NCBI GenBank assembly: GCA_024704765.1
Contig: JAKMXF010000063.1
Location: 1 to 40,945, forward strand
Reading direction: 5' to 3'
DNA length: 40,945 nt
DNA from: Oopsacas minuta
Lineage: Eukaryota; Animalia; Porifera
The notes beneath the pieces were generated by a model. It did no database searches and was not told the DNA's origin. It saw only the letters and a program-made list of their open reading frames with translations. Shown piece after piece: positions 32,411 through 40,945 of this stretch (positions are counted from its first letter, which is position 1; each line of letters starts with the position of its first letter). A program made the position numbers and the translations under genes.

Positions 32411-33743
32411 CTAGGGCGTTCAATAAGTCTTGCGAGTGATATCATAGGACAGGATACAAACACTATACACACTAATTCTCTACATTATTTATTCAAAGTA
32501 ATCCCCTCCTGCAGATACACAAAGTTTTAACCTTTCCTCCCACTTGTAAAACACATTTCTGTACTCTTCTTCGGGGATGGATTCGAAGGACTGGTACAGG
32601 CCCGTTTCGAGTGCTTGTAATGTGTTAAAATCTTTGCCTTGAAGGTAGATTTTAAGCTTGGGAATAGCTAAAAATCACAAGGAGCTAGGTCTGGTGAGTA
32701 TGGTGGATGGGGAAGTGTTTCTAACCCTTCTACATCCAAGAAATTTTTGGTAAGCTTAGCTGTATGGGAACTGGCGTTATCAATAAAATCTTCATTCCTC
32801 TAGTTCCGGTTTTCGGGCGGCACTTTTCTAGATTTTTTATCGAGTTTGTAAGCACTTGTTCTGTAAAGAAAGTAACAGTAACAGCTTTGCCACTCTGACA
32901 AGGTAATTGCAAGACAATTTCATGACTATTGAAGAAAATGGTATACCTAATCTTAGGTTTTCTGAAGTCGGGCCTAGGAATTTTCGCCGGTTGTTCGTCG
33001 CCCCTCACCCATGATCGCTTCTTATACTTGCTATATGGTGTTGAATAGTACACCCACGTCTCGTCACCAGTAATAAGCTCTGTTAGGCGTCTAGAATCGC
33101 AGTTCTCATGGGTTTCCAAGAGTGTCTTGACAATATTCAGTCGTGCCAACCTTTGATTCTCTCTGAGCTTATGCAGGACTCATTTCCCACAAATCGATCG
33201 GCAGCCAAGCTCAGTCGTCAGAATTGTATGAATAACTCCCGATGAAATCTTCATACTTTGTTCCAACTGATTGACAGTAATGCACTTGTCTTCCATGACC
33301 GTACTTTCAATGAGTGCGATATTCTCTGAAGTGGTGGCGGATACCGGTCTTCCAAATCGAGGCAAATTTGTGACATCAGTATCACCAGATCTAAAACGGG
33401 CAGCCCATCGCTCTACAGTAAATCTGGAAGGGCAATCTACGCACAATATCTCCTGTAACTAGCTGAAGATCTGTACGGGCTGGATCTTGAGTATTGTGCG
33501 AAACTCTATGTAAGCTCGCCATTTGAGGTTGAAATTATCATCCTTTGAAGCCATAAATTCAACAGTGGGTATAAATTGACTACACGTAATTATCTCAAAA
33601 ATTCATAATTTGTATTGAATAAGTTTGAAACTTTCAGTATATGGAGTTTAACTATATGGGCTTATAATATATGAAAGTTAGATATATTACTTGACTAATT
33701 CCTGAGATATATCATGACCCGCAAGACTTATTGAACGCCCTGA
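32411..33743 (-). mobile_element. Full-length defective mariner (D,D34D) transposon
   Basis: TA-flanked, 1333 bp, with TIR agggcgttcaataagtcttgcg at both ends. Confidence 0.93.
32489..33554 (-). pseudogene. Mariner transposase with stops and a frameshift
   Basis: MASKDDNF...RWAARFRSG...PRFGRP...LITGDETWVYY...(frameshift)DNASSH...LPHPPYSPDLAPCDF...GGDYFE-stop. Stops at about 33445, 33180 and 32670. Confidence 0.92.
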
Positions 33744-33932
33744 TATATGATCTGTAGTGTCCCGATTTTCCCCTGGAGAGGCCAAAGGTGGGACGCGGGA
33801 CAAATCTCTAAATTTGGCATTTATATTAAATACCTATATCTTCCACTGCATTTTAATTATTATATAATTATCTCTATTACGTACGATGTTTGATATATTG
33901 TTTTAGCGAATATACTTATCAATTGATCAAGC

Positions 33933-36614
33933 ATGTATGCACCTAAACTACTACTTCAAAAAGAATTGTTCGACCCAATTCAACAGAAATTGATATACAT
34001 GATAAATGTGAACAAAATCGGACGAAAGCGTAAGCCAGAGCAGTTGTGCATGACCCTAACCAACTCATCACCTCAAGACATATACATACATAGAGTTACT
34101 CAATCAGATAAGGATTTGTTCAAATCTAAACGACGCTGGCCTATCAGTCAGCTACGATTAGTAGATGGTAAAGAACGTATCAACACTAACAACACATTGG
34201 AATTTGAGCTTCATTTCGACCGGGCTTATAAATGGTCAGCTGCTAAGCCAGTTGACAAGAGCTCCTTCCTGAGTGCTGTCTACAACATAATCTGTCAATT
34301 CTCAGACAGAAGTAAGATAGAGATACGTAACCTGGATGTGACTAAACTGAAGAAGGAATTATCTGTTCGGAACTACAATCATTCATCTCTTGTAGACACA
34401 GAGGACCCTGACATGGCTATGTTGGGTGTACTGCCTGAGGACGGACAGGAGGAGTATCAGGACCTCTCTGTCAAAGAGGAACAAGATCTGAACAAACTAT
34501 TCAGTCAGACATCATGGGCTATCTCAAATGCAGAGGCTTTTACACTACAGCTATCCGGTGAGTTAGAACAGCTAGATCAGCAGAACATTGAGACTATAAT
34601 GCGGTCTGAAGTACAGATAACTCAGCTTATGGGAGTGCTAGATAACGCAGTACAGGAATTAGAACGTATGTCTGACCATCTTATTGACTGTGAGACTCTC
34701 TTACAAGCTGCCAGGGAGAGTATAGAGGTTGTACAGTTGAGAGATAGTAATCTAGACGTAGAAGAACGGAACTCTAAGCTCTTATACAAAGACATACAAG
34801 TACTGATTGGTAAATTAGATTTGGATGGTAATACGCAGGATATACTGCTACAACAACCTCTAACAGGAGATTGTCTAGGTATATGCACTGATAAAGCATT
34901 TCTATTACTTACGGCACTTAATCAGGAGTTTGATAGTGGAACTGCTATGATGCGGTCTGTCATTGATCAGAAGCAGTATATTAATACGATAAAGGAGTCA
35001 TTTGTTAATCGTCTGCATAGACATCTTATGACAGAATTTAAAGACAGTATGCCTCGGGATAATGTTGAGATTTCTTTCCTCACTGAATTCCCTACTCTAC
35101 CATCTCATGATAGAATACACAAGAAGCTTATTCTCTATTCACGTCTGTCTCTGTGGCTTAAGATAGCAGATCCTGACAGGTTGCAGGATGCTATCAAAGA
35201 TTACGTTAGTTCGGCTGCACCTCTCTATAATGATGAGTTCCGTAACTTCTTCCATGAAATTAAAAGATCTGCCTTCAAGGTAACTGATCGCTCTAAAGTG
35301 CCTTTGAAACGTACAGGGAGTAAGATGATGATGCCAGGATCTACCTTAGAGATACCTGACCTACACTCGCAAAGAGGTTCTTCTATCGGATTGTCTCGGT
35401 CTGATTCTGTGAGTAGTAACATCTCTAGCTACTCCGACGGATCCTCTGTAGAAGAGTCGGATAGGTTTGAGCATATATTCTCTGTCATAGTTAACCAGTT
35501 CCAGCCTGTGTGTAAGAACGAGCAGACCTTTCTAGACAAATTCTTCCACTTCACATATGAGGAAGTGATTGATACCGCCTATCTACAGGATGAATCCCTT
35601 GGCGATCCAGACAACTATACATCTTTCGAAGTTGGACATACCATGAACCAAGATCTGAAACTCTGTCTCACCAAGCTTTTCGACAGTCTCAAGTCCGAGC
35701 TAGAGGGTTTCATTCATCGTGTCAATGACTCAGGATCTCCCTTCCAGATCCTGTACATATTACAGTACATTTATACTAAAGTTAAACCTAAAGTTATAGA
35801 TCCTTCTTCTATGAACTATTTTGAGATTTGTTTAAATCTCTGTTTGCCTTCTCTACAAAATTATTTCGACAAATACTTTACAACTTTCAGGCGCCAAATA
35901 GAAGATTTTAAGAATCAAAAACGTACTAAAGATAGCGGTGTTCTAGTGTGTGTACGTAAATACGTAGCATTCCTTATAGCTGCTAAAGCCATAATGGTAA
36001 AGTTTGAGTCTATTAACATAGGACATATTGAGCGGTACTTCCTCACATTAATGGAGAGTGTTTCTAAAACAATTGAGAAAGCTTCTTTCGAATTGAACAA
36101 GCCTCGATGTGATGTTTGTCGATTTGAAAATTATCAATTCCTATTTTCTAAACTATCTGAGTTAAAGATAAAGTGTTTGGATGGCTGTAAGGAGGAGGCT
36201 AAGAAAAAGAAGACAGAGTTTGTGGAGGCATATACCAGAAGCATGTTAGGTCGTCCTCTGGAGCGTCTGAGTATGTTCTTCGAGGGAGTAGAGGCTCAGC
36301 TCAAGAAGGGAACAAAACCAGAAGAGATTGGGTTTATTTCTGAGTTCCACAAGACAGAACTCCGTCGCTGTGTAGGTTTATATCCCGGAAAAGAAGTGCG
36401 TAAGGGCTTGGAGAATATCTTCAAGAAAGTTGACAAACATTTGAGTCTGGAGTTAGGAATGAATCAAGTTGTTTGGTATCAAATGCAGACACAACTACTA
36501 GCTCAAATCACCAACATCAACAGCCTTATTGATCGCTGTTATCCTGATGCTAATATTAAGCTAGACTTCAATATACAAGATTTACATGGATATTTCTCTG
36601 ATATCAAACTATAA
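33933..36614 (+). CDS. EXOC1: Exocyst complex component 1 (Sec3)
   Basis: 893-aa intronless ORF. PH-like N-terminus (EFELHFDRAYKWSA...KSSFL); YQDLSVKEEQDL; AEAFTLQLSGELEQLDQQNIETIMRSE coiled coil; C-terminal LGRPLERLSMFFEGVE...FHKTELRR...KGLENIFKKVDKHL...VVWYQMQ...CYP. Confidence 0.95.
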   Translation: MYAPKLLLQKELFDPIQQKLIYMINVNKIGRKRKPEQLCMTLTNSSPQDIYIHRVTQSDKDLFKSKRRWPISQLRLVDGKERINTNNTLEFELHFDRAYKWSAAKPVDKSSFLSAVYNIICQFSDRSKIEIRNLDVTKLKKELSVRNYNHSSLVDTEDPDMAMLGVLPEDGQEEYQDLSVKEEQDLNKLFSQTSWAISNAEAFTLQLSGELEQLDQQNIETIMRSEVQITQLMGVLDNAVQELERMSDHLIDCETLLQAARESIEVVQLRDSNLDVEERNSKLLYKDIQVLIGKLDLDGNTQDILLQQPLTGDCLGICTDKAFLLLTALNQEFDSGTAMMRSVIDQKQYINTIKESFVNRLHRHLMTEFKDSMPRDNVEISFLTEFPTLPSHDRIHKKLILYSRLSLWLKIADPDRLQDAIKDYVSSAAPLYNDEFRNFFHEIKRSAFKVTDRSKVPLKRTGSKMMMPGSTLEIPDLHSQRGSSIGLSRSDSVSSNISSYSDGSSVEESDRFEHIFSVIVNQFQPVCKNEQTFLDKFFHFTYEEVIDTAYLQDESLGDPDNYTSFEVGHTMNQDLKLCLTKLFDSLKSELEGFIHRVNDSGSPFQILYILQYIYTKVKPKVIDPSSMNYFEICLNLCLPSLQNYFDKYFTTFRRQIEDFKNQKRTKDSGVLVCVRKYVAFLIAAKAIMVKFESINIGHIERYFLTLMESVSKTIEKASFELNKPRCDVCRFENYQFLFSKLSELKIKCLDGCKEEAKKKKTEFVEAYTRSMLGRPLERLSMFFEGVEAQLKKGTKPEEIGFISEFHKTELRRCVGLYPGKEVRKGLENIFKKVDKHLSLELGMNQVVWYQMQTQLLAQITNINSLIDRCYPDANIKLDFNIQDLHGYFSDIKL

Positions 36615-36919
36615 TTGTATCTAGTAATCTCTTCTACTAAATTGTATTATTACTTGTTTACATTATCTATTCGTTGTATGAATTAATTGAATATGAGCAT
36701 GTTTAGATGTATTCTTTCTTACTGTGATTTTAATTTGATAGTATTAACAATTGTTTGTGAAATGTTAATTATTATGACCTATAGTTTGTTATATATCTTA
36801 TTCTTAGGTCATGTAAGATCTATTACTTGTTTCTCATCCGGAATTTTTCGGAACCTATTCTGTTCTTGTGTTTAGTTACCCACTTTAAATAATGCTTTTG
36901 GGATAATCATATTGTGAAA

Positions 36920-37040
36920 TCTTTATATCTCTGAAGTTTATTGCGCAATCTTGAAAATACCATATATGGGCATACTCATGAGTACGTCACAATGGTACGC
37001 GGTATTATATCAAAATGTATTATCGTGGTATGGGAAGTTA
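36920..37040. mobile_element. Eroded copy 3 of the 19302 MITE family
   Basis: cgcaatcttgaaaataccatatatgggcatactcatgagtacgtca...atatcaaaatgtattatc...atgggaagt. Confidence 0.65.
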
Positions 37041-37465
37041 CTCAAGTTAGGTATGTATTATAAATTGGTTATCTTGATTTGACCATAATTGTTAAGAAGA
37101 ATATTGACATAAAAGTGCAATGCATAGTTTCAGCTGCAACTCTAGAACTAGCCAACTTTATAGTAGCAATTTTTTGATAATTTGTATAAAAATATATTTA
37201 GAATATTTCATAATTGAACTATAAAATCTATGATCAATTTTTCAGTTTATAGCGTTTCAAAGTTGGAGCATTTTGCCAACATATCAGCCTATTAGACGAT
37301 CACATAACGTCTTTTCGACCTGAAAATATTTTCTAGATGTGGAATGTGTGATTTATTATAATATATTTGTGAAACTTGATGATAGTTATCCGTTGCCTCT
37401 CTTGTCTGCTCAAAAGACATTACTGATTTTCGGAGACAATTTTTCCGGGTTTGGAATTTTGGAAT

Positions 37466-37879
37466 TTGGCAAGGGGTCGCGTCGTTAGTCCAAATATCAA
37501 AATTGGCATTAGTCCAAATTTTGGTGATGTTTGCGTGAGTTGGATCTGGAGCAGGCCGCGAGTTGCTGAGAGTATTTAGAACTCACGTTGGAAAGTGTAG
37601 AATTGGCAATTTTCATTGATTATCTAGCTAGATAAGCTTGAGCTGAGAAGATGAGCATTTCAGTAGGCTATTTGGATAACTGGTGTAGTATTTGATTGGA
37701 TTCGATTTGGATCTAGAGCAGGCCTTAAGTTGCTGAGAGTAATTAGATTCAAAACAACAAAAGTAAATGACTATATTTCCTCGCGACGAAATTTCCCCGT
37801 TAAAGCATGCTTTCGATCACCAAAAATTGGACTAATGCCGATTTTGTTATTTGGACTAATGCATGCACCCCTTTGGCAA
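37466..37879. mobile_element. MITE with imperfect TIRs of about 65 bp and an internal direct repeat
   Basis: ttagtccaaata-caaaattggcattagtccaaattttggtgat at the left end is mirrored at 37815-37860. The direct repeat ttggatct-gagcaggcc...agttgctgagagta-ttaga occurs at about 37540 and 37707. Confidence 0.7.
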
Positions 37880-38360
37880 CCCTATTTGAATTCCATAAAA
37901 GGAGGACTATAATGGGAAAGTGAGAAGGACTAGATCTCGCACAGCCAGAAAAAAAAGGACACGAGATAGAAGTTTATAAAGAACTAGAAACAAAAGTCCG
38001 ACCGACATACTGGGAGTGTAGTTCATGGCAATGTCCTATCCATGTTTCCTCACGAATGACTAGTCGTTGAAACCATAATCTAGAATCAATTTGAAATATT
38101 TGTAAAAAGGTGTAAAAATATCATTAATCATATGATAAATGTGTGAATTTTTACTACTTTCAGGCTCTGAAATTCTGAACATCGGACTCGGCGCCTAATT
38201 ATCCCTAAAAACGTGTTCAGACCTCTTCTTCTAGCATGCTTTATGATTTTACATAGAAAGGTGTTCCTAAATATAATCAACGAAGTTTGGTGACCAAATT
38301 TGAAAATATCAATACATATCATTACATATGCATCCTTGACGCAATTGTAACTTACCAAAC

Positions 38361-38569
38361 TATTGAAATTTATGAATACGGACCTAAAATGTACTACTCA
38401 TAAATACCTAACTAGCGGAATTCGTGTATATATACTTTCGTACCTCTCAAAACCTTAGAAACACTGAATATATTGGTGAAAATGACACTATCCGGCAAAC
38501 TGAATATATTTTCTCATAGCGGTTAGCTGGATGTAGCGTCGGTTAACCGGCTAACGGAATCCAGCCCTG
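38361..38569. repeat. Second copy of the 546-721 MITE end
   Basis: Colinear with 546-721; ends ggttaaccggctaacggaatccagccctg. Confidence 0.7.
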
Positions 38570-39008
38570 TGTACAGTTTAAATAGTACCAGTCAATTATT
38601 TCTTAATCACTATTCAATCATGATCTTGCTAATGTTACTGCCCAATGATTTCTTATTTATCTTGTCCTTAAAATATTTCAACCATGGTCCATGGGTCATT
38701 GTTGTGTTTACCCATGACCAATATGACTACAGTAATTGATCAATAGGTTACCCTTGTTGCAACCTTATCAATAGTGATCCTTTTTCCGGCCTATCTCAAA
38801 TTTCTGATTATCCTGACAGGGGTAAATTCCATTCTATACTTTTAAAATTAACGAGTACTAGTTGTGAATACGAATAATTATAGTTAAAACTGATTTATAC
38901 TGCTCAATATTACTCAGAAGGATATATTTTAAAGGGGCATATAATTCTGCAAACAATAGATTTGTATGGATTATATAAATATACGACACCATTTCGTGTT
39001 ATTTAATT

Positions 39009-40660
39009 CAATGCTTCTCAAACTTTTTTATGTCGCGGCCCCAAAGTTTCTCCATTACAATTCCACGGACCCCTGCTTGTTGGTCTCATTTTTAGTAAAT
39101 ATAATTTGTTTTTATTATCGTATTATATCAGTGTTAAGTAGTAAGAGGTATATTGTGATATAATCATAAGCTCAATTATACTAATGAGAACTGTGTGCTT
39201 GCTTCGATTTGACGAGCTTATCTAGCCTCGGTTCTATTGATGAAAGTGCCACACGTAGTGGAGATCTGACATCCAGAGAATTCCTATACTTTGTTTTGAT
39301 AATGCTCATTGTTGAAAACCCCATCTCACAAAGGTAAGTAGATGGAAAGGGTAGAATTATTTTCAGGGCCAACTCACTAAGTTCTGGATATTCGGGTCTA
39401 ACCTTTATCCAGAATTCAGCGAGTGTTATTTCGCTGTAAAAATATTCTTTAATCCTTGATCCCCTGCCAGGCCTAATAATTTGTCTTCTAAATTAACATT
39501 CAACTCGTCCTTCAATTGCAAAAAGGGATTACAGATCCAACCGTTTCCTTCTCTAGGATCTTGTTCTTTCGGGAAGTAAAATTCAAAGCGCTCAGCTAGT
39601 GATTTCAAATGTTCGGTGATAATATTCGCTAGAGAAGTCGCATCAAGTCCACTTTCACAATTAATTATTTCCGATAAATTTGGAAACATGTCGTAACAAT
39701 CTCGAGAGACTCGATGTTTCCATGCAGCTAACTTTCTTTTAAAACCGTCAATCTTGTTAGCTGTTGCAAAATTAGTTCCCATCCTACTTTGCATTGATCT
39801 GTTTAGCTCATTAAGCATTGAAAATATATCAGACAGATATGCCAGCTTTGTATTCCAGTTTACATCTCGAAATTTTTCAGCCCATTCAGGTTATTTATCA
39901 AGCAGAAATGTTGTTAGTTCGTTTCGGAGCTCAAAAACTCTTGATGACACTTTTCCTCTGGATAGCCAACGTAGTTCAGCATGCAAGAGCAGTTGTATAT
40001 GATCAGCTCCCATCTGATCACACAAGGAAGCGAATAAGCGAGAATTCAGAGCGTTCGCTTTTACATGGTTGACAACTTGACATAGTACATCGTTGAGTTC
40101 CTTTGACATCTTCTTTGTTGCTAAGTTTTCTCGATGAATAAAACAGTGTGTTGACTCGCAATCTGGTGCTACTTCTTTAATTTTTGCAACAACTCCAGAA
40201 TGTCGTCCTGTCATTGCAGCAGCACCGTCAGTACATACACCAACACAAAACTTCCAATCTAATCCTGATTGATCAACGATATAGTTATTCAATCCATCAA
40301 AAATTTGAGAACTAGTCGTATTTGTAGGCAATGATATCGAACATAAATACTCTTCTTTCACATCACCACAATGTTCAAAACGAACATATAACAACAAAAT
40401 CGCCAAATTTGCTACGTCAGTAGATTCATCAAGCTGCAAAGAATACCATTTGGCTGATTTTATTTGTTCGATCAGCTGTTCTTCCATGTCGCAAGGAAGA
40501 TCGATCACTCTTCTAGCAACAGTGTCATTTGACAGTGGAACCCGCGCAGTTATCTTTGCTGCAGATTCTCCCAACATTTCTCGGCATACATCACCAATGC
40601 AACCAACCAGAAGTTGTTCCCCAATTATGTATGTTTTTTTGGTACAATTGCAGAATCTTA
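39009..40660 (-). mobile_element. 5'-truncated hAT transposon (Buster/Charlie, ZBED5/SCAND3-like) with a disabled transposase
   Basis: One terminus caatgcttctcaaac next to atttaatt. Transposase PLSNDTVARR...YSLQLDESTD...VCTDGAAAMTG...THCFIHRE...LRWLSRGK...KLAYLSDIF...LPFPSTYLCEMGFS...QAHSSH. Stop at about 39888, frameshift at about 39430, and no BED-finger N-terminus. Confidence 0.9.
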
Positions 40661-40945
40661 CACCCCCCAACTTTCTTAATGTGGTCAAAAATCCCTATAT
40701 GCACCGTTCAAGAACTCGTTGAGAGAAGTTGATAGAGCTAAAGAAATCCAAAATCAGATTAAAATTGACAAAGTTACGAAAAATTTACTCCCTAAGCCAA
40801 ATCCTATGGGGAAAATTGTATTACTCACTATAGTCAAATTGTATTCATTTATACATTACAATTACCATAGGAATGCTCATACTGTTGATATTGCGGTTAT
40901 ACACGCTTGTTACTCTACTCTTTCATGCTCATTTGTTTGCTATTC

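Noticed and set aside
34622-36100. Antisense ORFs within EXOC1, and similar ones inside COG7, TMEM175 and the transposases
   Set aside because: These are shadow frames of real coding sequence with no independent signal.
20339-36614. Bacterial origin or contamination suggested by long intronless ORFs
   Set aside because: COG7, EXOC1 and two-repeat TMEM175 are eukaryotic proteins, interleaved with spliced genes and animal transposons.

Overview
This is AT-rich animal genomic DNA, not prokaryotic. It has GT-AG introns, metazoan genes and many DNA transposons. The style suggests a compact basal-metazoan genome such as a sponge, but that is inference only. Intact housekeeping genes are COG7 (-), TMEM175 (-), a two-exon OST3/MAGT1/TUSC3 (+) and EXOC1/Sec3 (+). 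The ORF track shows only fragments of a complete, divergent five-exon 14-3-3 gene (17561->6426, 231 aa), which I assembled by hand. Its 7.5-kb third intron holds an antisense, decayed signal peptide-Ig-FN3-TM receptor gene with a Tyr-motif tail, and that gene in turn carries a Chapaev3-like transposon in an intron. The most unusual locus is at the left end: a GABA-B-type Venus-flytrap ectodomain with one TM helix and, instead of a 7TM domain, a cytoplasmic tail of about 14 repeats with a 14-15 aa period. A single in-frame TAA splits that TM helix. The remainder is hAT (Buster/SPIN), mariner, a long-TIR element with an integrase zinc-finger remnant, and many MITEs, several of them nested. I found no CRISPR array, rRNA or convincing tRNA. 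All coordinates and alignments were done by eye.
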